Assembly: GCA_964618695.1 (NCBI GenBank)
Contig: CAZUDX010000001.1
Coordinates: forward strand, 73,843-137,842
Direction: 5' to 3'
Length of the DNA stretch: 64,000 nucleotides
From: an uncultured Candidatus Bathyarchaeia archaeon
GTDB taxonomy: Archaea; Thermoproteota; Bathyarchaeia; Bathyarchaeales; Bathyarchaeaceae
In this document: positions 26,950 to 35,430 of the stretch, piece by piece
How the letters are laid out: each line of letters starts with the position of its first letter
Numbering within the stretch: the first letter of the stretch is position 1
The notes under the pieces: model-generated
What the model saw: the letters and a program-made list of their open reading frames with translations, nothing else
The model's database searches: none
What the model was told of the DNA's origin: nothing
Translations under genes and position numbers: made by a program

Positions 26950-29369
26950 ATTAACTTCAGGGGACCCAGTTTAGTTAGCCGCTCGGTCATCATCTGGGCA
27001 GCCTCTGCAAACTGATCGCCTTCAATGAACACCATGTTGAATAACTCTAACCTTTCAGGCTCTATCCCATATTCTTTCAATAATACCTTGGCGAGATCCA
27101 TCTTCTTCTCAGCTTTCTGAATGCCAACTTCGTAGTGGCAACCGTCGCTCTTGCATCCCACCACCATCACTCCTTGGGCACCAGCCTTGAATGCCTCTAG
27201 AATCTGGTGAACTTGAAGTATTCCGGTGCATGGAACCTTCATAACCCTCACGTTGGCGGGATACTGCATTTTAGCCATCCCCGAGGAATCTACAGCTGTG
27301 TGACCACATTCTTGGCAGCAGATAGCTAATACCAGAGGCTTCGATGTTCCGTTCACCGACATAAGGGCTTTCATTTGGGCTAACATCTGGTTTGGTCTTG
27401 AGTGCCTAAGTTCGATGGCGTTCAGAGGACAGGTTCCCACGCAGATGCCACATCCCTCGCATATTATGTCATTAACACGAGCAACGAAGTGATCTTCGGT
27501 TGTGGGTTCTAAACTTATGGCGCCGTAGGGACAGGTGACGGGACAGAATTCACAATCACCACAGTAGTCCTCGTTGATTATTGCTGTTCTTTGATCCTTG
27601 ACAATTTTGCCGTTGGTCAAGAACTTTGCAGCCTTTATAGCTGCCGAATGAGCATGCAGAGAAGATGTCGGTGCATCCTTTGGAAAGGTTGTTCCTCCGC
27701 AGAGGTATACTCCCCTAAGCTTTGTTTCTGTTGGTCTAAGTTTGGCGTTGTATTCCTTGAAGAAACCGTCTGCGTCCAAATCAATACCCAGAATCTCGGC
27801 AAGCTCCTCGGTTCCTTCAGCTGGCACCATGGCAGGAGCCAAGACAACTAGGTCAGCTTCAAGGTCTAAGAATCTTTTGAGAAGGGCGTCCTCAACATCT
27901 ACGAATAATTTGCCTGTTTCCGTGTCCTTCCAGATTTCGGTGGGTCTCCCCTTAACGAACTTTATGCCCATCTCTCTGGCTCTTTCATAGTAGTACTCGT
28001 GTTCCCTTCCTGTGGTCCTTATGTCGATATAACAGATGGAAACATCTGCGTCAGGATTTGCAGATTTAATCAACGAGGCGTGCTTTAGGGAGATCATGCA
28101 ACAGATGCTTGAACACCAAGGATTATATCTCCTGTCTCGCGAACCAGCACATTGAATAAAAACGATTTTCTTAGCGGGCTTGCCGTCTGAAGGTTTAACA
28201 ATCACTCCGCCTGTGGGACCGAAACCGTCAATCATCCTAGCCAGTTCAAGATTGGTTATAACGTCAGGATAATCGTCATAATGGTATTCCTTTATGGCGC
28301 TGGAATCAAATTCTCGGAAGCCCGTGGCGACAACTATGCTCCCCACATTGAGAGTTATCTGCTCAGGTTTCTGATCCAGTTCAATGGCGTTTGTTGGACA
28401 AACTTCAACGCATTTGGCGCAATCATGGAACTTGCAGGCGCTTTCGTCAATGACGTAGACTGGCGGATGAACGTTGGGTACGTTCATGTAGATGGCTTTA
28501 CGGGTCTTCAGCTTTGCATTGTATTCATCAGGTACTTCCACTGGACAAACGGTGGTGCATTTGTCACATAGCACACAATTATCGTTAACGTATCGCGGTT
28601 TCTTCTCTATCGTAACCTTATAGTTTCCAGGAACTCCCTCAACACCAATAACCCTAGCGTTAGTTAAGATGTTCAAGTTTGGAATCTCGCTGAAACCAGA
28701 ACGATACACACACTTTCTGGATGTGTGGGTGATGGTCTTCAAGTCAGAGGACGGAGATTGGATACAAATTGCGCAGTCGTCAGTTGGGAAGAAACGACCA
28801 GCGCGGGCAGCCAAGCCACCGAGAAATGGTGTCTTCTCAACCAAGTTCACTTCGAAACCCAAATCCGCCAAGTCCCCAGCCGCCTGCATACCAGCGATTC
28901 CTCCACCTATAATCAAGGCGGATTTGAGGACTGGAAACTCGAGTTTTTCGACAGGTTCAAGAAGCTTGGCGCGTTCGATGGCTGATAGAAGCATGGCTTT
29001 AGCCTTTTCAGTGGCTTCCTTGGGGGTTTCCCGGTGGGGCCATGCGCAGTGGTCTTTTAGGTCGATTACTTCTACCAAGTAGGAATTGAGACCTGCTTTC
29101 TCAACCGCTTGTGCTATTTTTACTTCGCTTAGTTTAGGAAGGCTCTCAGCGACAACTACTCGATTTATTTTTCCGCTTTTAACGGCATCTAGAATGGTCT
29201 TTAATCCGTTGCCACGCCAGAACTCGCTGCCTCTGCCTATTAATACTACGTTTGAGACAGTTTTCACGAAGCTTGTTAGAGCGTTGAAGTCTAAGATTTC
29301 AGAGAGTTGATTGCCACAGTCAGATAGAAATACTCCGACTTTAGGTTGTTCCATTTTCCATTCGCTCAT
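26946..29369 (-). CDS. hdrA: Heterodisulfide reductase subunit A fused to a C-terminal MvhD domain
   Basis: 807 aa. FAD fold IIGGGIAGMQAA, FPTDDCAICI, several ferredoxin CxxCxxCxxxCP motifs, and a C-terminal MvhD-like LAICCQECG...PCTG...VVGCKSDGCHY. Confidence 0.9.
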   Translation of the reverse strand: MSEWKMEQPKVGVFLSDCGNQLSEILDFNALTSFVKTVSNVVLIGRGSEFWRGNGLKTILDAVKSGKINRVVVAESLPKLSEVKIAQAVEKAGLNSYLVEVIDLKDHCAWPHRETPKEATEKAKAMLLSAIERAKLLEPVEKLEFPVLKSALIIGGGIAGMQAAGDLADLGFEVNLVEKTPFLGGLAARAGRFFPTDDCAICIQSPSSDLKTITHTSRKCVYRSGFSEIPNLNILTNARVIGVEGVPGNYKVTIEKKPRYVNDNCVLCDKCTTVCPVEVPDEYNAKLKTRKAIYMNVPNVHPPVYVIDESACKFHDCAKCVEVCPTNAIELDQKPEQITLNVGSIVVATGFREFDSSAIKEYHYDDYPDVITNLELARMIDGFGPTGGVIVKPSDGKPAKKIVFIQCAGSRDRRYNPWCSSICCMISLKHASLIKSANPDADVSICYIDIRTTGREHEYYYERAREMGIKFVKGRPTEIWKDTETGKLFVDVEDALLKRFLDLEADLVVLAPAMVPAEGTEELAEILGIDLDADGFFKEYNAKLRPTETKLRGVYLCGGTTFPKDAPTSSLHAHSAAIKAAKFLTNGKIVKDQRTAIINEDYCGDCEFCPVTCPYGAISLEPTTEDHFVARVNDIICEGCGICVGTCPLNAIELRHSRPNQMLAQMKALMSVNGTSKPLVLAICCQECGHTAVDSSGMAKMQYPANVRVMKVPCTGILQVHQILEAFKAGAQGVMVVGCKSDGCHYEVGIQKAEKKMDLAKVLLKEYGIEPERLELFNMVFIEGDQFAEAAQMMTERLTKLGPLKLM

Positions 29370-30820
29370 CTTCTCAGTGTCTTTACTAATTGCTTGTCGC
29401 TGTCGAAGATGTTAACCTCTAAGGGCATCTCGCCTATTGCAAAGTGGGTGGCGCAGGCGAAGCATGGATCGTAAGCTCTGAAGGCCATCTCTACCTTGTT
29501 CAACAGACCATCGCTGACCTCACCGTTCTGTATAAGACCTTGCGCGGCGTTCTTTACGGACATGCAGATACTGGGAGCATTATGAGTTGTAGCCACTATT
29601 AAGTTGACTTTCTTCGCCAAAGCATTCTCATCTAACTGGTAATGGTGAATAAGAGTGCCTCTTGCAGCTTCAACTATCCCAACACCTTCGCCAGGCTTTC
29701 CAGGTTTGTTTCTAATGTTTTTGCTTGTAATGTCCTTGTCCGTAATCAGTTCTAATCCTCTTTCGGTTGCGTACATAAGTTCAATCAGCCTAGCCCAATG
29801 GAACGCTAAAGTAGCGTGAACTGGTTTTCCGCCAAGAGTTTTGTACATTCTCTCGTATTCTGCTTGGGCAACTGGTGTTGTCATTCCATCAGCGGCGTTA
29901 AGTCTTCCCAGTGGACCGACTCGGTATAGACTGGTTTCTGGTCCGCTAGTGAGACCTTTCCAACCAATTTTCTTCAAGTAAGGAAGTTTAACGTAAGTCC
30001 ACGGTTCAACATGCTCTTCTATAATGTCCAAATATTCTGTGGGACCAAATTTGACGAATTCTTTGCCCTGCGTATCGACTACACGGACTTTGCCGTCATA
30101 GAAGTTAACCTTGTTGTTCTTGTCTACGGTTCCCATGTAGTAGGTTTCCAAGTTGTAGGGGTCGCTTGTGATCAAGTTCACGTAGTCAGCATTTTTCAGG
30201 ACAATATCATCAAAGAGTTTCAGAGAGAACTTGGCAAACTCGTGACAACTTTTAAGCATATCTTCGATCTCTTGCCGTTCTTCCTCGTTTATTGCCTTTG
30301 CCATACCGCCTGGAAGAGCGCTTACCGGATGGGTTGGTCTTCCACCAAGAATTCCAGTGATCCTTTGTCCAAAAGCACGATGTTTTATGACTTCTCCAGC
30401 GACTTCCAAACCGGCTTTTTCTATTACTCCAAGAATGTTACGTTTAGCAGCGGGAGCGTCAGGTCCTACAACAAAGTCTGGACCGCCCAAGAAGTAGAAG
30501 TGCAGTATGTGGTCATAAATGAAATAACCGCAATACTCTATTTCTCTCAGTTTTTTCGCCGTTTCTGTCGGTTCAACATTCATTGCCATATCTGCAGCTT
30601 TTGCCCCTGCCATATGATGGGCAACTGGGCAGACTCCACAGATTCTGGTTGTTATTATGGGTAGGTCTTCAACCCTTCTTCCTTCGCAGAACCGTTCAAA
30701 GCCCCGCAGTTCGGGAACTTGGAAGTAAGCATTTTCAACGTTTCCAGCGTCATTTAGGAATATGGTTATTTTTCCGTGACCTTCCAGCCGTGTTATTGGA
30801 TCTATCACTATTTCTTTCAT
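29366..30820 (-). CDS. mvhA: [NiFe] hydrogenase large subunit, Mvh (group 3c)-type
   Basis: 484 aa. Has RLEGHG, the N-terminal Ni-Fe ligand motif RICGVCPVAH, the C-terminal DPCFACATH, and a cleavable extension. Confidence 0.9.
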   Translation of the reverse strand: MKEIVIDPITRLEGHGKITIFLNDAGNVENAYFQVPELRGFERFCEGRRVEDLPIITTRICGVCPVAHHMAGAKAADMAMNVEPTETAKKLREIEYCGYFIYDHILHFYFLGGPDFVVGPDAPAAKRNILGVIEKAGLEVAGEVIKHRAFGQRITGILGGRPTHPVSALPGGMAKAINEEERQEIEDMLKSCHEFAKFSLKLFDDIVLKNADYVNLITSDPYNLETYYMGTVDKNNKVNFYDGKVRVVDTQGKEFVKFGPTEYLDIIEEHVEPWTYVKLPYLKKIGWKGLTSGPETSLYRVGPLGRLNAADGMTTPVAQAEYERMYKTLGGKPVHATLAFHWARLIELMYATERGLELITDKDITSKNIRNKPGKPGEGVGIVEAARGTLIHHYQLDENALAKKVNLIVATTHNAPSICMSVKNAAQGLIQNGEVSDGLLNKVEMAFRAYDPCFACATHFAIGEMPLEVNIFDSDKQLVKTLRR

Positions 30821-31779
30821 TTCTTCACCTTCCTTCGGAGGATAGAGTGAGCTAACGAATACTTGTAGAAGGTTCCTATCGGATCCACAATGTCCTTAAC
30901 AACATCCGGATTTGTAGCAATGGAAGCAAGGGCACTAATAGCCGCAGCACCCTGATCGGTCACCCTAGGACCTGGACCGTTGCAGCCAGTGCATGGAATA
31001 TTAACTTTTGGGCATTGGGCGCCGCAACCTGCTCGGGTGGCTGGACCCATACAAATCACGCATTGGTCCAAGAAACATGTTTCTCCGTCATCATCAATCT
31101 CGTAGATTCTTTTTATCTGAGAGAGTTGTTTGTCCTTCTTCTCCCTTGGACACTCATCGCAGATGGATTTGTTTGGCAAGAAACTTGAACCCTTCGGAGG
31201 CAGATTGCCGGTTATAAATGCCATAAACATGTTGAGAATCGCCGGAATCGGCGGTGGACAACCAGAAATAGTGTAATCGACATCCACAGTTTGGGGTAGG
31301 GTTTTTACAGTGTCATAGAATTCTGGAAGTTCAAGCTCTCCTTCTTTGACTTTCAGATGTGTTTTAGGGGTCACATATTCTGGGTTTTGGGTCGATTGAG
31401 TCTCAGAATATGCTCTCTCGAAGATGGTTTTCCTGTCCCAAAGATTTGCGAGACCTTTGACACATCCGTCGTTGGCGCATGAGCCGAAGGCCACAAGTAT
31501 CTTTGATTTTTGTCTCAGGAGTTTTGCCATCTTCTCATTTTCTTCAGTTCTTATTGCGCCGTTGAAGAAGCAGGCGTCTATACTTTTGTCTGGCATAGCT
31601 TTGACATCTTTATATTTTATGTCCATGGCCACAGGCCAGAAGACGATGTCAGCAGCAGCAACGACGTCTAAGATTTTCTCGTTTACATCAAGAACAGCTA
31701 CTTCGCAGCCTCCACAACTAGCCGCCCAATAAAAAGCGATCTTAAGTTTCTCCTTTCCCACAGGAATCACCGTTTGCAA
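30817..31779 (-). CDS. mvhG: [NiFe] hydrogenase small subunit, Mvh-type
   Basis: 320 aa. SCGGCEV proximal-cluster motif and further Cys clusters (GSCA, CDEC, CxxCxGP...CTGC). The start may be GTG 31770 (leaderless) rather than TTG 31779. Confidence 0.85.
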   Translation of the reverse strand: MQTVIPVGKEKLKIAFYWAASCGGCEVAVLDVNEKILDVVAAADIVFWPVAMDIKYKDVKAMPDKSIDACFFNGAIRTEENEKMAKLLRQKSKILVAFGSCANDGCVKGLANLWDRKTIFERAYSETQSTQNPEYVTPKTHLKVKEGELELPEFYDTVKTLPQTVDVDYTISGCPPPIPAILNMFMAFITGNLPPKGSSFLPNKSICDECPREKKDKQLSQIKRIYEIDDDGETCFLDQCVICMGPATRAGCGAQCPKVNIPCTGCNGPGPRVTDQGAAAISALASIATNPDVVKDIVDPIGTFYKYSLAHSILRRKVKK

Positions 31780-31785
31780 GAAACT

Positions 31786-31800
31786 CGATTAATATAAAGC
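31786..31800 (-). promoter_or_regulatory. Candidate TATA box for the mvh-hdr operon
   Basis: The minus strand reads GCTTTATATTAATCG, centred about 24 nt upstream of GTG 31770. This is compatible with a leaderless or very short-leader transcript. Confidence 0.35.
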
Positions 31801-31916
31801 GAGCAAATAAAGCTTTCCTTTCATCACAAAAAAATGATTTATACCCCTGAAATATTTGGAAAAAGGTGCCTAGCCACTTGGGCTAGGAAAGTAAATAATG
31901 ATTTTATTATCAGAAT

Positions 31917-33269
31917 TTAACGAAGTTTCCTTATCACCATTTCTGCAGCTAAAACCATCGGCTCCCACGTTTCGCAAACTGGAGGGGCATAGCATGTCTC
32001 GGCTTTCGCTAGTTCTTTGACAGTCATTTGGTTTTGTATAGCAAAGGACAGAGCGTTTACGCGCTGTGTTACTTCTTCTCCACCAATTATTTGAGCCCCA
32101 ACGAGTTTTCCTGTCTCCTTTTCTGCGACAAGCTTGATTCTGATTGGTAAGGCTCCTGGGAAGTAATCAGCCCTTGTTTTTGATTGTATTGTTCCTGCCA
32201 CAACTTCTATTCCTGCTCGACCAGCCATGAACTCTGTTAGTCCTGTGCCGCCGATTTCAGTGTCAAACAATCTTGTAATCCAAGAACCTAAGGCTCCTGA
32301 AAACGTGGTGTATCCGCCAGCAGCGTTGGTCCCCGCTACCTTTGCCTGTTTCACAGCAGTGGTTCCAAGCTGGCTCATTGTGGGTCTACACGTAACTAGG
32401 TTTATTGTTTCAGCGCAGTCTCCAGCTGCATAAATTCCTTTGATGTTAGTTTCCATTTTAGAGTTAGTTTTTATGCCCTTCTTTTCTCCCAGAGCTACGC
32501 CAGCGTTTTTTGCCAGTTCAGTATTTGCTCTTACCCCAGTGGCTACCACAACCACATCTGCCGAAATCTCTTCTCCAGCAACAAGAACTCCATTAACTTT
32601 GTCAGTTCCAAGGATTTCCTCTGCTCCTTTTCCAACAATAATTCTCATGCCTTTCTCTTCAAGCATCTTCTGAACGCGATCAGCCATATCCTTGTCCAGC
32701 AAGACAGGGAGAACATATGGAAGGAATTCAACGACTGTGGTTTTCAGTCCTCGTTCAAGGCAAGCTACGGCAACTTCAAGACCAATGAGTCCAGCGCCTA
32801 CAATGACGGCTGACTTTGCTGTCTCAAGGGCTTGGTTGATTTTTTCTCCGTCTTTAATGGTTCGGACAACGTACACGCCCTTCTTTTCTCGTCCCTTTAT
32901 CGGGGGCACAAAAGGAGCTGCGCCGGTGGTTATGACTAAACTGTCATACGGAAGAGTTTCTTTCTTTCCAGTTTTGTCTTGTATCTCGACAGTTTTTGCT
33001 TTAGTATCAATGTTTGTTACTGTTGTTTCAGTTTTCAGGTTTAGTTTCATCATTTTGTAGAATCTTTCAGGGAAGACCACTAGATCATCGAAGGTGGGTA
33101 TGTGTCCGCCCAAAACGAAGGGGAGACCGCAGCGGGAGTATGCTGTTTTGGCCTCTTTGGTTATTAGGGTGATTTCGGCGGTTCTATCGGTTTTTCGGGC
33201 AGCAGATGCCGCGTCAACACCTGCGGCGTGTGCTCCAATAATTATAATTTTTCGGGTCATTTTTATCAC
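31917..33269 (-). CDS. FAD-dependent pyridine nucleotide-disulfide oxidoreductase, NADH oxidase / CoA-disulfide reductase family
   Basis: 450 aa. GxHAAG FAD fold, a single redox Cys in YSRCGLP, a second dinucleotide fold VGAGLIGLE, and AAGDCA. Confidence 0.8.
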   Translation of the reverse strand: MIKMTRKIIIIGAHAAGVDAASAARKTDRTAEITLITKEAKTAYSRCGLPFVLGGHIPTFDDLVVFPERFYKMMKLNLKTETTVTNIDTKAKTVEIQDKTGKKETLPYDSLVITTGAAPFVPPIKGREKKGVYVVRTIKDGEKINQALETAKSAVIVGAGLIGLEVAVACLERGLKTTVVEFLPYVLPVLLDKDMADRVQKMLEEKGMRIIVGKGAEEILGTDKVNGVLVAGEEISADVVVVATGVRANTELAKNAGVALGEKKGIKTNSKMETNIKGIYAAGDCAETINLVTCRPTMSQLGTTAVKQAKVAGTNAAGGYTTFSGALGSWITRLFDTEIGGTGLTEFMAGRAGIEVVAGTIQSKTRADYFPGALPIRIKLVAEKETGKLVGAQIIGGEEVTQRVNALSFAIQNQMTVKELAKAETCYAPPVCETWEPMVLAAEMVIRKLR

Positions 33270-33365
33270 TCATTTTTTGGTTGTCAAATTATCAACTGGT
33301 TTTTATCATATTAAGCTTATTCATAGAAAGATGGATACTCGGATTAGGACTATATTAGAGACGCT

Positions 33366-33560
33366 TTAGCTTTGTTCTTTTACAAGTGAGTAAAGGCGAC
33401 TCTTGTTATCGCAGTCGATTGTGCCTTCACTGAAGAGTTTCCGTAAAGCTTTGAAGATTGCTTTCTCTGATTTTCCGATTTTTTCCGCGATTTCAACTAG
33501 ACTGAGAGCTTTTCCTGAGGTTTCTAACAGTGAGATTATTTGTTTATGGATTTTGCCCAT
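33366..33560 (-). CDS. Small winged-helix DNA-binding protein
   Basis: 64 aa. LSLVEIAEKIGKSEKAIFKALRKL HTH-like segment. Confidence 0.45.
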   Translation of the reverse strand: MGKIHKQIISLLETSGKALSLVEIAEKIGKSEKAIFKALRKLFSEGTIDCDNKSRLYSLVKEQS

Positions 33561-33620
33561 TATGGATTCCAGCCTGTTTGTTGGTATCTTATCTGTATGT
33601 TCTTAGATAAATTATCTTTT

Positions 33621-33653
33621 GTTAAAAAAATAGGAGTGTTTAAACAAACTCCT
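33621..33653 (-). terminator. Hairpin plus oligo-U terminator after gcvH
   Basis: The minus strand reads AGGAGT-TTGTTTAAAC-ACTCCT, followed by A and T7. Confidence 0.45.
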
Positions 33654-33709
33654 CCTAAGAGGCTCATTGTTGTTCTTGGAAAGCATCTAGGCACTTGTTT
33701 GTGACTGGT

Positions 33710-34126
33710 TTAACCTTCTTTTGCGACTTTTTTATGCCATTCTACAGCTGCTTCGAAGTTCATGATTGCTTTCAAGTCTGCATCTAGATTTGATGGGGCT
33801 ACGGTTACTACCCATCCCTCGCCATAGGGGTCTTCGTTTAACAGTTCAGGTTTGGACTCAAGCTCTTCGTTCACCGATTCAATTGTACCGCTTACAGGGG
33901 CAACGAGGTCTGAGACTGCTTTCACGGATTCTAAGGTTCCGAAAGGCTCGTTTTGAGTTATAGTGTCACCGACACCAGGAAGTTCAACAAAGACGATGTC
34001 ATGGAGTTGTTTTTGGGCGTAGTCAGAGATGCCGATTCTAACTTTTCCGTTTTCTACTTTTGCCCACAGGTATTCCTTGTGGTAATATAGACCTTCTGGT
34101 ACTTCGTAGTCTTCTACTTTGACCAT
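33710..34126 (-). CDS. gcvH: Glycine cleavage system H protein / lipoyl-carrier protein
   Basis: 138 aa. Canonical lipoyl-lysine motif LESVKAVSDLVAPVSG. Confidence 0.9.
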   Translation of the reverse strand: MVKVEDYEVPEGLYYHKEYLWAKVENGKVRIGISDYAQKQLHDIVFVELPGVGDTITQNEPFGTLESVKAVSDLVAPVSGTIESVNEELESKPELLNEDPYGEGWVVTVAPSNLDADLKAIMNFEAAVEWHKKVAKEG

Positions 34127-34268
34127 ATTTTACACCTCTATCAGATACGGTATTGTGATACCTGTTTATCTTAAAAATGTAACTATCCCATTTTTTATTT
34201 CGCTATTTATGAAAAACTGCGCATCCGCGTTTTACGTTTATTAGAGTGGTTGAATGAATTGTGACTGA

Positions 34269-35348
34269 ATGCGTATGAGGATATTAGCTTTAGACATTGG
34301 AGCAGGAACCGAAGACATTCTGCTATTCGACGACAATAAAGGCAGTTTGGAAAATTGCGTCAAGATGGTTTTGCCTTCACCCAGCAAGATTTACGCCTCA
34401 AAAGTTAAAGAAGCAACCAATCGTCGCCAAGACATTTTCTTGACAGGAGATATTATTGGGGGAGGGCTACTATCGAAAGCGATACGGAACCATCTTCAAG
34501 AAGGTCTCAAGGTATTTGCGAAAGAGAAAACAGCTTTCACAATAAGAAATGATCTGAATGAAGTCAGAGAGTTAGGAATCGAAATTATCCCTGAAAACCA
34601 AGAACCAAAAAATTTTGACGGAATAAAACTACGACTAGAGGAAGTTAACCTTCAGAAACTGGAGAAATTCCTACAAGAATTTAACGAGTCGTTAGTTGGG
34701 GTAGATTTTGTGGCGATTGCTGTTCAGGATCACGGTATTTCTAATCAGGGAATGAGTAATAGACAGTCTCGCATCCAAAACATGAAGGCGCTCTTAAAGA
34801 AGGAGCCTTTGCCTGAAAAACTTGCTTTCAAAGAAGACGAGATTCCTCCATTCTTTTTGAGGATGCAGTCAGCAGTGCAAGCGTCTAAGAGGCAGCTTCC
34901 TGAAGCTCAGGTTTTGTTGATGGATACCGCGCCAGCGGCTTTGTTGGGATGCTTAAAGGACCCGGTGGTTGAAGAAAAAGATCAGGTGATTGCAGTAAAT
35001 ATTGGAAACGGTCACACAATGGGTGCAATAATTTCAAAGGGTAAAATTCAAGGTTTGATGGAGCATCACACTTGTTTGCTTGATCCCAAGAAACTTGAAC
35101 AGCTCGTGGTCGGATTTGCTGATGGAGATGTTACGAACGAAGATGTGTTCAGGGAGGGTGGTCATGGACTATTTTATTTAACAGAGCCTCCGGGATTTTC
35201 ACAGATTGATGTGGTTGCGGTTACTGGTCCTAACAGAAAAATGGCAACAACAACAAAGTTTTCCAGTTATTTTGCGGTCCCCGGCGGAGATATGATGATG
35301 ACTGGACCAATCGGTCTCATCGAAGCAACAAACAGACTGTATTTGTGA
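34269..35348 (+). CDS. ASKHA (actin/sugar kinase/Hsp70)-fold protein, DUF1786-like
   Basis: 359 aa. Phosphate-1-like ILALDIGAGTED and NIGNGHT motifs. Function unknown. Confidence 0.5.
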   Translation: MRMRILALDIGAGTEDILLFDDNKGSLENCVKMVLPSPSKIYASKVKEATNRRQDIFLTGDIIGGGLLSKAIRNHLQEGLKVFAKEKTAFTIRNDLNEVRELGIEIIPENQEPKNFDGIKLRLEEVNLQKLEKFLQEFNESLVGVDFVAIAVQDHGISNQGMSNRQSRIQNMKALLKKEPLPEKLAFKEDEIPPFFLRMQSAVQASKRQLPEAQVLLMDTAPAALLGCLKDPVVEEKDQVIAVNIGNGHTMGAIISKGKIQGLMEHHTCLLDPKKLEQLVVGFADGDVTNEDVFREGGHGLFYLTEPPGFSQIDVVAVTGPNRKMATTTKFSSYFAVPGGDMMMTGPIGLIEATNRLYL

Positions 35349-35430
35349 GCAGCTGATGTGTTTTAGTCAAGGTTTCTTGACAAAAATGCTTTTCAAATTC
35401 CTTGACGAATGATTTTTTGGTGCCCAACGA

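Noticed and set aside
30011-30664. A 217-aa plus-strand ORF inside mvhA. Similar long antisense ORFs occur at 22350..22823, 43742..44173 and 61000..61485.
   Set aside because: All of them lie opposite genes with unambiguous catalytic motifs, show no motifs themselves, and have odd composition.
25535-31779. Selenocysteine recoding or split genes in the hydrogenase/Hdr operon, as seen in some methanogens.
   Set aside because: All five ORFs are uninterrupted, with Cys at the expected ligand positions of the NiFe motifs, and no in-frame TGA is needed.
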